A stretch of 64,000 nucleotides of DNA from Thecamonas trahens ATCC 50062 (GCF_000142905.1 NW_013657676.1:600085-664084), one strand, 5' to 3'. Positions 20,628 to 32,121 are shown, counted from the stretch's first letter. Made by a program: numbers and translations. Notes: generated by a model from the letters alone, not told the origin.

Positions 20628-22589
20628 TCATTCAAGATCATCACGATCGTCGAGATTGTCGAGATCGAGCGAGGGCGAGTGGAGCAAAGGTGTTGGGGCG
20701 ATGGCGGCTGGCGAGGGAAGAGGTGGTGCCGCGGCGCGAGGCGGGCTGGAGAGTGTCGAGGCCGCGGGGACAATGTCAAGGACGGCGGCGTGGAAGGGGG
20801 CAAGGGTCGAGCGGTGGCCAACCGAGACGAAGCGGATGCCGTGGACATGGAGAAGGTTGTACAGACTAGCCTCGGTCTGCTCGTCAAGGGCAGAGGTGGC
20901 CTCATCAAGCACCGCACAGCGCGGGCGGGCATAAAGCAGTCGCGCAAAGGCCAGCCGCTGCTGCTCGCCGACAGAGAGAGTAGCATGCAGGTCTAGCGGA
21001 GTGAAGAGGCCGACGCCGAGCTGGCGCGGTAGATCAGCAAGGCCGACGTCGGCAAGGACCTTGCGCAGCTCGAGCGCGTCGTCGCGAGTGGGAGAAGACG
21101 GAACTGGCGCCGGGTAGGCGAGCGCAGCAGCAAACGACGAGCGCGAGCCGCCCAGGTACGGGACCTGTGGGACAAAGGCGAGGTGCTCGGACGGGCGAGT
21201 GATGGTGCCGGCAAACGGCCAGAGGCCAGCGATGGCGCGTAGAAGCGACGACTTGCCGCAGCCGGACGGACCGCGGATGAGGAGGCCGCCACGCGGAACA
21301 GACACACTCACGTCCTGCAGGAGAACGCGACCGGTCGGGGTGCAGACAGTGACGCAGTCAAGGTCAAGCATGTCCGAGTCGGCGTCGATAAGGATGCCTG
21401 CATCCGGCTCGGGTGCGCTGGCGTCGTCGAGCGCGGTGCGGAGGGTGGCAAGACGTGCGGTGAGGCCGGCGGCGAGGGTGAGCTGCTTGGACAGTTCCAG
21501 GAGCTGCGTGAACGAGTAGATGAGGTAGATGGCGTAGAACGAGGTTTTGGAGATGATTTCGGCGGTCTCGCCGGGCGACTTGTGCTCGTAGCGACCGTGA
21601 AAGATCGGGATGGAGACAATGAGGTACGAGAGAATACCGCCGAGCCCAGCAAAGAACCGAGTGGAGAGGTCAAGCGGAAACTCTCGCCAGATGATGGCGC
21701 GCGCGTTGGAGACAAGGCGGCGGAGCGAGACGGCAAGGCCAGCGCTCTCGGCATCAGCGCCGGAGAGAAAGGCGATCGACTCGGCGTAGGTCCGGACTCG
21801 GGCGTGGCCGTAGCGGTAGTTTCCCTCGAGCCGCTCTTGCGCAAAGATGAAGGCCACGATCGGCGAGAGCAGGAACTTGTTGATGATGGTGGCGACGAGA
21901 AAGTAGCCGTAGATGTAGAGCGGACCCTCCCAGCCCATCGACTCGTAGGTGACGTAAGTGTAAAAGGCGATGATGAACGGCGCAAGGAGAAATGGCGGGA
22001 CGGCCTGGGTCAGGGTCGTCGTCAAGTCGTCGACATCCTGGACCAGCCGCTGGTCCGGGTTGTCGATGCCGACGAGCTCGACGCCGTCTAGCCGCGGCAG
22101 CGCCGGCCGCGACAGGCCGTAGTAGGCACGGCTTGCAAGGTACTGGCTTTGCAGCATGCCTGAGAGCGCTGATCGCGTTCCCAGGGCGATGAGCGAGGCG
22201 AGGAGGGCGGCAAGCGAGTTGAGGAGGGCGACAATGATGGTGAGGACAAGCGATCGCCAGAGAAGCGCCACAAAGGCATCATGATTATGGGACGAGAGGA
22301 CCGAGTAAAACCGAGAAGGCAAGAGGCCGACATAGTAAACAGCAACTTGCTCGAGGATGGAGACGGCAAGGAGAGCCAAGATCAAAGCCACCGAGACCGA
22401 TGTCCGTGTCGATGCCGCCAGTTTCAGCAGCGATGCCAGCGATGCCACCAAAGAGCAATTGAGCTTGGCCACCGACCCACGTCCACTTGAGCTCCTCCTG
22501 CTCTCGCCGAGGCTCTCTGTGGCGCTTCCACTCCCGTTGATAGGTGTGGCGAGCAGCGGTGTAGATGCTGTGCCAGGCGGAAGAGCCAT
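20628..22589 (-). CDS. ABCD4: ABC transporter subfamily D member, ABCD4-like
   Basis: 'IDNPDQR', 'QERLEGNYRYGHARVRTYAESIAF', Walker A GPSGCGKSS, signature LSVGEQQR, 'LDEATSALD' and 'SVGHR'. Confidence 0.85.
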   Translation of the reverse strand: MALPPGTASTPLLATPINGSGSATESLGESRRSSSGRGSVAKLNCSLVASLASLLKLAASTRTSVSVALILALLAVSILEQVAVYYVGLLPSRFYSVLSSHNHDAFVALLWRSLVLTIIVALLNSLAALLASLIALGTRSALSGMLQSQYLASRAYYGLSRPALPRLDGVELVGIDNPDQRLVQDVDDLTTTLTQAVPPFLLAPFIIAFYTYVTYESMGWEGPLYIYGYFLVATIINKFLLSPIVAFIFAQERLEGNYRYGHARVRTYAESIAFLSGADAESAGLAVSLRRLVSNARAIIWREFPLDLSTRFFAGLGGILSYLIVSIPIFHGRYEHKSPGETAEIISKTSFYAIYLIYSFTQLLELSKQLTLAAGLTARLATLRTALDDASAPEPDAGILIDADSDMLDLDCVTVCTPTGRVLLQDVSVSVPRGGLLIRGPSGCGKSSLLRAIAGLWPFAGTITRPSEHLAFVPQVPYLGGSRSSFAAALAYPAPVPSSPTRDDALELRKVLADVGLADLPRQLGVGLFTPLDLHATLSVGEQQRLAFARLLYARPRCAVLDEATSALDEQTEASLYNLLHVHGIRFVSVGHRSTLAPFHAAVLDIVPAASTLSSPPRAAAPPLPSPAAIAPTPLLHSPSLDLDNLDDRDDLE

Positions 22590-22805
22590 CCTGTTTGACC
22601 AGACGAGGGGGGGGGGGGTGGAGACGGGTGTGAGGGATCGTGCGGGAGATGGGCGCGCGGAGTGTGGAGCAGGGAGCAGTCATGACATACGTGGTGGAGG
22701 AGGGGACGGGCATTTGGGGAGGGGGGTTTTGTCATCAATTTGTGTGGCTATGTACGTACGTGTGAGTAGATGGGGGTGGGTGGGTGGATGGGCTGGTGGT
22801 GGTGA

Positions 22806-24014
22806 TCAGTAGGTGAGCCAGCAGTAGAGCTTGTCATCGCCTGTGGAGACGAGGGCGGCTGACGAGCCGGACCAGGAGAGCGACGAGACACGTGCGCCGG
22901 CCTGGGAGTGAACAGCAGGGGCGTCGAGCTTGGCGCAGTTCCAGATCTTGACGGTGTCGGTGAGCGAGGAGGTGGCAAAGACGGCATCGTCGACATGCGA
23001 CCAGGCGAAGCGGCCGGCCGAGCCGAGGCCGTGGGCAGGGCCGGTGTGGACAAGCGGGGAGAGGGCGTAGCCGGCGCGGATGTCCCACACAAAGTAAGCG
23101 TCGGCATCGAGACCGCCGATGCGTGACGGCGACGGGCCGCACCAGTCGACCGAGCGGAACGAGCCACCGTCCGGATGGAGGAGCGAGTAGGCGGCGGCGC
23201 CCATGCGGAGGTCGAGGACCGAGACAAGGCCGGCGGCCTCGGCCACCATGAGCTGAAACGGCGACGACGGGTGGAAGACCACGTCTTTTCCGGCCGAGTC
23301 AAGGGCAAACGAGCGGAGCAGGCCCTGGGTCTCGAGCGAGAAGAGCTTGACCGAGGCATCGTCCGAGGTGGAGGCGATGGTGTCGCCGGCGTCGGCGAGC
23401 GGAGAAAAGGCGAGGCTGTTGACGTATGACTCGTGCCCGTCGAGGACAACGCGGACGTTGAGCGACTCGAGCACGTCCGAGGCATAGTAGCGGATGGTAT
23501 GGTCGTCGCCGGCCATGCAAAAGGCCAGATGGGCGTCCGAGGCCATGCGGGCGGCAGCGTCCTCGTCCTCGATGGCCACGGTGCCGTCGGCCCCCCGAGC
23601 CACAGCAGCCGAGCGAGAAGCAGCAAACGAAGTATCTGCCGAGAACGAAGCATTGGCGGCCATAGAGCGAGAAGCCATAGACGAAGACGGTGATGTGACG
23701 GTAGCGGCAGCCGATGCGGCGGCAGCTTGAGCAGCAGCGAGACGAGCAATGTCTTGATTGGCAGCGCGAGCATCTTCAGCAGCAGGACCATGAAGCGCAG
23801 CAGCAGGAGACCATGCAAGAGCATGTACATCACCCATGCCATGATGATAATCAAACATATGCGTCAGACTGGTATCATGTCGCACAAGGAGCGAGATACG
23901 GCTCCGTCCCGCCACTGCCACAAGCTCACCAGAGTGGCTGTAGGGTGAAAAGGCTGCGCATGAGAGCCGCTCAGTTGCTGTGTACGTGAATCCTCCAGAC
24001 GCTTCAGTCGACAT
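22806..24014 (-). CDS. NUP37: Nucleoporin Nup37 (WD40)
   Basis: Colinear similarity to NUP37: 'YHHG..ALAWSP', 'IRYYASD', 'VLDGHESYVN', 'IASTSDD', 'HPSSPFQLMVAE', and C-terminal 'GDDKLYCWL'. Confidence 0.8.
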   Translation of the reverse strand: MSTEASGGFTYTATERLSCAAFSPYSHSGELVAVAGRSRISLLVRHDTSLTHMFDYHHGMGDVHALAWSPAAALHGPAAEDARAANQDIARLAAAQAAAASAAATVTSPSSSMASRSMAANASFSADTSFAASRSAAVARGADGTVAIEDEDAAARMASDAHLAFCMAGDDHTIRYYASDVLESLNVRVVLDGHESYVNSLAFSPLADAGDTIASTSDDASVKLFSLETQGLLRSFALDSAGKDVVFHPSSPFQLMVAEAAGLVSVLDLRMGAAAYSLLHPDGGSFRSVDWCGPSPSRIGGLDADAYFVWDIRAGYALSPLVHTGPAHGLGSAGRFAWSHVDDAVFATSSLTDTVKIWNCAKLDAPAVHSQAGARVSSLSWSGSSAALVSTGDDKLYCWLTY

Positions 24015-24255
24015 GATGTGTTGCGTCCTGCCTGGTGGGTGGTGGTGGGTGGTGGGTAGGTGGTGGGTACGGGAGCTGGCGTGGGTCGGTGGTGAGCGAG
24101 TGGGGTGGCGAGCGGCGGAGAGATGGCCGTGAGTTGGCGGGTAGCCGGTGATTGCAGGGCGGGGGGGGGGGGGGGGGGGGGTTCTTTGGGGGTATGGCAT
24201 GAACGAGGGGAATGTGGCGATGACGATGAGAGGGTTTATCGTAGTGATGGAGCTA

Positions 24256-25557
24256 CTATGCGTACTCCCAGAGTAGGCCGAGCGGGACAGCAAAGCCAAA
24301 CATGCCGATAAATGAGGCAAACGAAGCCCACTGAAGCTTGGCAGTGCCGGAGAGGCCGTGGCCAGAGGTGCAGCCGCCGCCGAGTCGTGCACCAAAGAGC
24401 ATGATGGCGCCTCCAAAGAAGGCAGCAGCGGGATGGACGCCATGGAGCTCATCAAAGGAATCGCCGAGGCTTGCTGAGGAAAACGAGCCGAGAATGGCGG
24501 CGATGACAAAGATGAGCTGGAAGCCGGACTTGCTCCAGATGTGCTTGCCCTTAAAGTACGACATCGATGACGAGCTCATGGCCCTGTTGGGCAGCAGCAG
24601 CGTCATCAGCGACGACAGGAGCGAGACAAACGAGGTCGACGCCCCGAGAGTGCGGTTGAGAATAAGCGCAAGTGGGAGCTGCATCGAGCCAAGGACAAGG
24701 CCCGAGGCCCATGGCGGCCACGCCCGCTTGGCAAGGACCCAGTCGGACTCGATCGTTGTCCCAGCAGGCAGATCATCGTTAGCAGGCACAACAATCTCGA
24801 GCGCGATGACCATGCCAGCAAACACCAGGCCGAGCGGGATGGCAATCGCTGCGTACGGCACGTTGAACTGCTTGTCGAGTGTCGGCGTCGCCGGCTGGCC
24901 AAAGGTCAGAAAGTTGAACGCGGCCTTGCCCTCGCTCTCGGACAGATGCGCGGTCTCCGAGTCCTGGATCGCCGCAGGCTTGCGGCTCGCTCCAGAGAGA
25001 TACGGATGGACGAGGCCGTAGATGAGCGCGCCGAAAAGACCGCCGGCAAAGGTGAGCGGCGAGGTGGTGACGCCGGCACCGAGCTGCGAGAAGACTGTAC
25101 CGGGGCATGAGCCGGCGACAACAAAGCCGCCCATGCCGATGAGAGCTCCGCCGATAAAGGCCGAGACAACACCGCGATCGTTGGTGTATGCGCCCTTCAT
25201 CGTCGCCGCAAACGCCTGGGGTGCCACCAGCGACAGCGCCGCAAGCACAAAGGCCGATGTCGCGCCGGCGGCTGCAAACATCTTGAGCATGATAAAGTTG
25301 GAAAAGGCAAACTGCCGCCGGACGATGAACGGATCAAAGACCCAGGCCTTCTGCATGGCAAAGCCAAAGGCGACGCCCGTAGCCGCCATCACGACAAAGC
25401 CTAGTGCCCATGCTTTGGTCGTCAGGGCGGACGAGTTGGACTTGACCGCCGGACTGCTGCTTGTGAGTGGTGCCTGATCCATGGTGGTGGTTGATGATGA
25501 GGCACAAGTGTTAGAAGATGTTGAGCTGGAGGTCGAAGATGATGATGATATTGACAT
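24256..25557 (-). CDS. YeeE/YedE (thiosulfate/sulfur transport) family membrane protein
   Basis: 'GVAFGFAMQK', 'GGALIGMG..AGSCPGT' and 'FGARLGGGCTSGHG', with multiple TM helices. Start 25557 or 25482. Confidence 0.85.
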   Translation of the reverse strand: MSISSSSSTSSSTSSNTCASSSTTTMDQAPLTSSSPAVKSNSSALTTKAWALGFVVMAATGVAFGFAMQKAWVFDPFIVRRQFAFSNFIMLKMFAAAGATSAFVLAALSLVAPQAFAATMKGAYTNDRGVVSAFIGGALIGMGGFVVAGSCPGTVFSQLGAGVTTSPLTFAGGLFGALIYGLVHPYLSGASRKPAAIQDSETAHLSESEGKAAFNFLTFGQPATPTLDKQFNVPYAAIAIPLGLVFAGMVIALEIVVPANDDLPAGTTIESDWVLAKRAWPPWASGLVLGSMQLPLALILNRTLGASTSFVSLLSSLMTLLLPNRAMSSSSMSYFKGKHIWSKSGFQLIFVIAAILGSFSSASLGDSFDELHGVHPAAAFFGGAIMLFGARLGGGCTSGHGLSGTAKLQWASFASFIGMFGFAVPLGLLWEYA

Positions 25558-26250
25558 GTTGTGGTGGATGCTGATTGCGGATGTGGAGGAAGGCCTGCCG
25601 ATTGCGTCGCTGTTTTTGTCTCTTGGCCGCCAAATGAGCAATTTCAGCCGTCAATGTAGGCGACGACGCTGGGTGTGGCGAATCTAGAGCTGATCAAATG
25701 CAGCCATTTAGCCGGCATGATTGGCAGCATTGTGTGCTGCAGTCTTGGCCATTTGGATGTGTATTGCGGCGAGCTGACTTTGTGTATGGGCCCCGCAAGC
25801 GGCTGGTAGCGATCTCGGCTGAAGATGCGTCCAATCACCGCCTTGATTGAACCAAATTGCGGACGAGATCCCTTATTGGCTAGCGTATCCGCGTCGTGAG
25901 CCATGTTTTGCCTGCCACACACACTTGAAGCCCGCCTCAGATATCCACAGCGAGCGTGCAGCACTGAGTGGATGTTCGGCTGATCTCGAATGCAGCTTGT
26001 GTGCCCTTGTTTGCCGCATAGAGGAGCTCGTCGCGTCCCGGTCATGAGGTGAGCGACCGCAGTGGCTTTCAGCCGAAATTGGCTAGGAAATTACACGTGG
26101 TACCTTTTCGTAGCTCATGCAGCGCTCAAGGTTGACTGGGACCTCCAAGGACGTCGAAAGTGAGTTCCAGACAGGCAAGTGCTGATTGACGAATATTTTT
26201 TGTGGGATGCCGCGCTTCCGCCGCCACCCGAGATACTCGTCTGCCAGTCG

Positions 26251-28500
26251 ATGGAGTTCAGCGAGGCCGAGTTGGCGCCACAGCCGGTGTCAGCCAGCGC
26301 GCGGGATGCGGCGCAGAATGCTGCCTTGTCTGCGCTGTTTGACGACGGCATGGACATGCCAATGGACAACCTTGACGAGTTGAGCATGCTTGACAATCAC
26401 GTCGAGTCGCCAGCTGCCTTGCTTGTACCTACCGCTGCTGCGAGCGCTCCGAGTGTGGCGGATGGCGGACAGGCCTCGATAGACGACGGCCGACACGATG
26501 GCGAGACGGCGTCAGAGACGGAGCACATGCCGAGCTCGTCAGGAGACGGATGCAGAGGAGCTGGCGACGAGCCAGCGCCGGTAGCGGCGAACGATGCCTC
26601 ACGACCGTTGCCATTTTCCGAGACTGAGCTCGCGTTTATGACGGCTGGCCAGCGGCTGCGGTTTGCTCAGTTGCCCGCGGAGCGACAGAAGGAGATTGTG
26701 GGCAAGCGCCGTGCGTGGGAGGCGCGGAAGGCGAGACAGGATGGAGTGCTGGATCTAGAGGCTGCGAAGGGACCAAAGACGGGACATGGGGGTCAGATCG
26801 TAGGCATTGTGCTCCTTGTCGCTGCGCTGGGTACTGCCGCTGTTGGCGCCCTTGCAGTTGTCGAGGTCATCGCCTGGTCGGCGTGGTCGTTTGACCCAGT
26901 TGTGGGAGGCATCAACCTCTGGCTTCTCATTGGCCTCGGCGTGGGCTTTCTTGGATGCGCCGGTGCCGGGCTGTGGCTCTTGGTCCGCCGCCGCAAGCGC
27001 AAGCCGTCAACCACCGAGCGCGATCGCCCACAGACAGCGGGCAGGCCTTTGGCAGCCCCGACTCCAGCAAGTGCAATGGCTCTTGGAGCCGGCACCAGCG
27101 GGCCGTGCTACGACATGTCTTCAGAGAGCACTGCCGATACGGCACCAGCCGAGCCTGGTGACGACGGAGGGCTCGCCAATCCAGTCTTTGACCCGCTGGC
27201 GGACTCGTCGTCGAGCGGGCGCGGTGGTGCCAATCCACTGTTTGAAGATGGAGAAGCGAATCCGCTGTTTGACCCGTCGGCTGGCCTCGCCTCAGCGGTG
27301 GACAACCCGCTGTTTGATCTTGCTGCCGAGCCCGAATATCCGCTTTCAGCCGTGGCTGTTGCTGACGCGGGCACGATGTCTTCCTCCGATCTTGTCAACG
27401 CTGATGGCAGTGTCATGAACCCGCTCTACGACGACGCCACGCCCGCCGTAGTCTTTGATCCCGATGCGGACACGACCTCGTCTTCTGATCTCAACAACGA
27501 CGCCCGGACCGTCATGAACCCGCTCTACGACGACGCCACGCCCGCCGTAGTCTTTGATCCCGATGCGGACACGACCTCGTCTTCTGATCTCAACAACGAC
27601 GCCCGGACCGTCATGAACCCGCTCTACGACGACGCCACGCCCGCCGTCGTCCTTGATCCCGATGCGGACACGACCTCGTCTTCTGATCTCAACAACGACG
27701 CCCGGACCGTCATGAACCCGCTCTACGACGACGCCACGCCCGCCGTAGTCTTTGATCCCGATGCGGACACGACCTCGGCTTCTGATCTCAACAACGACGC
27801 CCGGACCGTCATGAACCCGCTCTACGACGACGCCACGCCCGCCGTAGTCTTTGATCCCGATGCGGACACGACCTCGGCTTCTGATCTCAACCACGACGCC
27901 CGGACCGTCATGAACCCGCTCTACGACGACGCCACGCCCGCCGTAGTCTTTGATCCCGATGCGGACACGACCTCGGCTTCTGATCTCAACCACGACGCCC
28001 GGACCGTCATGAACCCGCTCTACGACGACATGGACAACGACAGTGATGGCCACGAGGCAGGGTCCGCCATGAACCCCCTCTACGACGATGTGGATGACGA
28101 CGGACATGTGGACGACAGTCATGTTGACCACTTGCACGCCGACACCGCACTGACAACGGCCGTTGACCTAGATGCCGACGTGACGTCGTCATCTGACCTT
28201 GGCGACGCTGACGGCTTCGTCGCAAACCCCGTCTACGACGACCCAGACACGGCCTCCACGTCCGACAATGCCGACACACGCAACACCTCTACTCCAACAA
28301 GCCGGCAACCGTTTACACCTCCTCGCCGAGCCCCGATCCCGCTCAGCCCGTATCCCGAGCTGGGCACTCCGTCGCGCCACTCGCGCCGCGTCGCGCGCCC
28401 GGCTGCTGCCGCGTCCGCCTCGCCGCGCCCATCGGCGGGCGGCGCCGATGCCATCCGCGCCTACCGCCCGCGCATCTGGCAGATCCACAATAAGCTGTAG
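26251..28500 (+). CDS. Two-TM membrane protein with an acidic tail bearing 13 NPxY/NPxF motifs
   Basis: Hydrophobic hairpin (IVGIVLLVAALGTAAVGALAVV; LWLLIGLGVGFLGCAGAGLWLLV) followed by RRRKRK, then NPVF, 3x NPLF, 8x NPLY and NPVY. Confidence 0.8.
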   Translation: MEFSEAELAPQPVSASARDAAQNAALSALFDDGMDMPMDNLDELSMLDNHVESPAALLVPTAAASAPSVADGGQASIDDGRHDGETASETEHMPSSSGDGCRGAGDEPAPVAANDASRPLPFSETELAFMTAGQRLRFAQLPAERQKEIVGKRRAWEARKARQDGVLDLEAAKGPKTGHGGQIVGIVLLVAALGTAAVGALAVVEVIAWSAWSFDPVVGGINLWLLIGLGVGFLGCAGAGLWLLVRRRKRKPSTTERDRPQTAGRPLAAPTPASAMALGAGTSGPCYDMSSESTADTAPAEPGDDGGLANPVFDPLADSSSSGRGGANPLFEDGEANPLFDPSAGLASAVDNPLFDLAAEPEYPLSAVAVADAGTMSSSDLVNADGSVMNPLYDDATPAVVFDPDADTTSSSDLNNDARTVMNPLYDDATPAVVFDPDADTTSSSDLNNDARTVMNPLYDDATPAVVLDPDADTTSSSDLNNDARTVMNPLYDDATPAVVFDPDADTTSASDLNNDARTVMNPLYDDATPAVVFDPDADTTSASDLNHDARTVMNPLYDDATPAVVFDPDADTTSASDLNHDARTVMNPLYDDMDNDSDGHEAGSAMNPLYDDVDDDGHVDDSHVDHLHADTALTTAVDLDADVTSSSDLGDADGFVANPVYDDPDTASTSDNADTRNTSTPTSRQPFTPPRRAPIPLSPYPELGTPSRHSRRVARPAAAASASPRPSAGGADAIRAYRPRIWQIHNKL
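27412..28029 (+). repeat. 99-bp coding tandem repeat, 6 full units plus a partial unit (33-aa unit VMNPLYDDATPAVVFDPDADTTSSSDLNNDART)
   Basis: Units start at 27412, 27511, 27610, 27709, 27808, 27907 and 28006, and differ by only a few substitutions. Confidence 0.97.
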
Positions 28501-28509
28501 CACCAGCCG

Positions 28510-31500
28510 TCAGCTCCGTCGGCAAACGCAGTCGCAGCCCGAGACTGGACACTCGTTGTGGTCCGAGAACCACGCGTCCATGTGCCCAGCGTGTCCGCCG
28601 TGCCGGCACGTGAGGCACCACGACCACCACGTGTCAAACGCCGCCGAGCCCGGCGCGAGCGAGTTGACCTTGCGACCGCGGACAGTCGTGTTGTTCGACA
28701 TCGAAGCTGTCGCCACCACCTCGAGCGGGAGGAGACAGAGTGCACACTTGGGCAGCGGCCGTGCGCACGATGGGCACGACGTCGCCTTGGGCCGCCGCCG
28801 GGCCGCAGGCGCCGACGACGACAGCGTAAACTGTCGCAGCTTGGACGACGCCAGCATCAGGTGCGAGATCGACCGGTCGCAGTGGAAGCACCGTGCATGG
28901 ACGTCGGCCGCAACCGCCGTCGTCCCGCGCCCTGCTGGCCGCGCCATCGCGCTCCGTTCCGTCTCTGCCAGCCGCGCCACGTCCCACTTGGCTCGCACGT
29001 GCCAGAGCTGCCACCGGTCGAGCAGGTCGCGGTACGTCTCGATCCACACGTTGACCTGTGGGTCGTCGCGCTCGCGCGGCACCACCGCAGACATCGCCAG
29101 CGCGGCAGTCTGCACATCCGACGTCAGGTCGACGTAGTTGGCAAAGAGCTCCACGCCCGCAGGCGTCAGACCCGTCAGCAGCACCCCTCCAACGAGCCGC
29201 GCGCCACAAGCTGTGCCTGCGTCTCAGCGAGATACAGCGCAAGGTTCTCGTCAGAGAGGAACCGCGCTGCAAACGCCACCCGGTCCGTCAGCTCGAGCCC
29301 GCCCTCGAGGAGGACCGGGAGGAACGAGTCCTCGTCCGACGAGAGGAACGCAAACGCCGCCCGGAGGTACGGGTGCTCGAACAGCGGCTGTAGCGTGAGG
29401 CACAGGTCACGCCACAGGCCGTCGGTCTCGTTGTTGAAGCCGGCAAACGCCATCGCAATGAGTCTCAGGTTCTTGTTCGACTTGTCCGACTTGAGCGCAC
29501 GGATTGCCCGCTTCATGTCGAGGTGAAAGAGCGCAAGCGCCGCAGACCGCTCATACTGCCGCTCCTTCTCCAGCGACCGCAGAATGCGCTCCAGCGCCCG
29601 CCGCTTCCGCTGCGCGTCCGATGACGCCCGGTCGTTAAACGACCCGGGCACCCAGTTGCACATCCGCAGTACCGCGTCACGCGCCGGAGACTTGTACACC
29701 GTGAACGCTGTCGAGAACGGCGCGCGGTGCGGGCTCTGCGCCTGCGACGCCGAGCGTGCCTGCCTGAAAATCGCGCCCACCCCGTCGTACGGCGACTCGA
29801 GCTTGGCCCCCGTCGCAGGATCCACCACAAGGTTCGCCACGCGGTCGAGCCACGCCCAGAGGAAGGTTAGGCCTGGCGAGTACAGCTCCGACGTCCGCCG
29901 CGACGTCGCCAGAATCGACAAGTTCTTCGACGCGTTCATCGAGTACCCCTGCTGCGCCCGCTCAAACATCTTGGCCGACACCTCCATAACCTCAAAGCCC
30001 TGCACTGTCCGCCCCACAGAGGTGTGGCCCTTGCCAGCCGGAGCACGCCCACTCCCGCTCTCGCCACGCACCGCCGCAGAGCTCGATGCAAACGTCCGCG
30101 ACTTGTAAGACGACGAGAGCTGCGACGGCGTCGCCACCGGCCCGCCAGCTCGTGTCTTGGCCGCAAACCCGGCCGGGTCGTCGGCAAGCAGCGCGGCCGC
30201 AGCCACCGCCGCGCTCCCGGCCCGCGACGCACTCACAGCCACTGACCCGTCGCCGCCAGCCACTCCGCCGGCCGCACCGCCCCCAGCGCCGGCCGTCGCG
30301 CCGCTCGTCACGTCGCCGCCCTTGCCGCTCCCGCCCTTGCCGCTTCCATCTTGGCCGCCCCCGCTCCCGCCCGGCGTCGTCGTCCCGCCGTTTCCTGCGC
30401 CCGCCCGTACCTCGACCTCAGGTCCGATCACCCGCCCAGCGTACTTGATCTTGCCGACGCCAAAGACCAGGTCCGAAAACGGCGACCAGTCGAGCGGAAT
30501 CGGGCCGTTGAGCGAGACCTCCTCCACATTGCCCGAGAGCGAGATGGTGAGCGCACGGTTGGCAATGTGCGGCGACCACGAGAACGACGAGAGTGGGTCC
30601 GACGTCCGCATCACCCGTGGTTTGTAGTCGGAGAGCTCGGCCACAAACTCACCCTTCATCGACCCAAACTCGGACTGCATCAGCGACGCCGTCGCAGGCG
30701 TCACCAGCGCAAGGTCGTCGTCCGACGAAAAGTCCCACAGCTTGACGTACGCGTCGCCCGAGCCCACAGACGCAAGCACACCTGACGAGCTCGGCGACCA
30801 CGCAATCTGTGAGAGCGACTTGGAGCCAGACTGCACAGAGCGGATCGGCGAGGTCAAATTGCGGATGTCCCACACCATGATGACCCCAGTCTGCGGTGAA
30901 TACGTGGCCACGCGGTGCGGTGCGAGCGTGTCAAACTTCATCCCGCACACAGGCCCGTTGTGCAGCCGCTGCCCGTTCGGCTGCGACACGTCCATCCGAA
31001 GATCGTAGACGTGGAACCACGATTTGACCGTCCCCACCGCAAGACAGTTGGGCATCGACGGCAGCCACTCGAGCGACGCCGCACCCTGCGAGAGTGACAC
31101 CTCAGACACCCGTTCCGGCGCAGACTCGGCCGAGCTCGACCCGTACTCGGTCTCCACAGAGTCCATGTAGTCGCGCGAGAGCGACTGTGTCGCGTTGATG
31201 TCCCACACAAGCGCACACATCTCAAACTTCATCGTGTCCAGCCCAACTGCAATGTACTGCTGGTAGTACGTGTTCCATGCAAGATCCAGCGCCGGACGAG
31301 TCGTCACAGGCTTGACCTCCACAATGTTGGCTCCGCCCCGCGCCGCGTCAGCCGCGTCAGCACCATCTTGCCCGACGAGAGCCCCACCGCGAGCAGGTGC
31401 GGCATGTTGGCATCCGGACACCATTCCACACACTACCCACACGTACACCCATACACAGCCATACACACAATCGGCAGTCCCAAACGTGCCCATCTGTGAG

Positions 31501-31987
31501 CATCATACGTCAACCATCTCCTCCCCCCCCCCCCCACACACACACACACAAACACACACACACAAGCAACTCGTCGCAGGTACGTACCCGCGGGTAGGCC
31601 AGTCGCGAGTTGACCGACAGCAGGTCATACGACGACCTCAGCGAGTCCTTGCTCGAGTCGTAGTTCTACGCCACCTCCCATTTCAGCCGTAAACCATGCG
31701 TGGTAAGTCCATTGCCCTCATGCATGTGCCCATGTATGCGCCCGCTGACCCCCTCACCCTTTGGCCCCGCAGCCTGTGATCAGATCGTGACGGCTTTTCT
31801 CTGAGAATGGCGAAAGCGGTCAGCGGGTTGATCAAGCCGCTCCCCTCCCTTCCCCTCCTCCTCACCCATAGCTAGCCATTACCTCTGAGAACTCGTAGAA
31901 CTGTAGGTCCTCCGCAGCAATGACAAACTGGTTGGGATTGTGCGGCGACCAATCAATGAGCGACGTTCGCGCCTCAGTCATGGACAT
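28510..31987 (-). CDS. MIOS: GATOR2 subunit MIOS/Sea4; exons 31866..31987, 31758..31800, 31588..31665, 28510..31432, with frame breaks near 31337 and 29185
   Basis: N-terminal 'IDWSPHNPNQFVI', 'LLSVNS' and 'CVEW..LLAVGLSSGKMVL'; WD40 repeats; 'HPYLRAAFAFL', 'DRVAFA', 'G(V)LLTGL..YVD.TSDVQTA'; C-terminal zinc finger 'LPKCALC...WCLTCRHGGHAGH...CPVSGCDCVC'. Confidence 0.92.
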
Positions 31988-32121
31988 GGTCGCCAGGACG
32001 AGTGTGCACCGCTCAATGGCGCAAGCGGCCCGTGAACAAGCCCACCCAGCTTAGCTGACCTTGCCATAGCACAGCGTACAGCCGCACAACGCCAGCCACC
32101 TCTCGCCACTACACACGCCTC

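Noticed and set aside
25644-26180. Short ORFs in the YeeE / NPxY-protein spacer
   Set aside because: No motifs and lower GC; most likely a divergent promoter region.
27412-28029. Regular repeat array considered as a possible CRISPR
   Set aside because: Units are contiguous 99-bp in-frame coding repeats with no unique spacers, there are no cas genes, and the context is eukaryotic.
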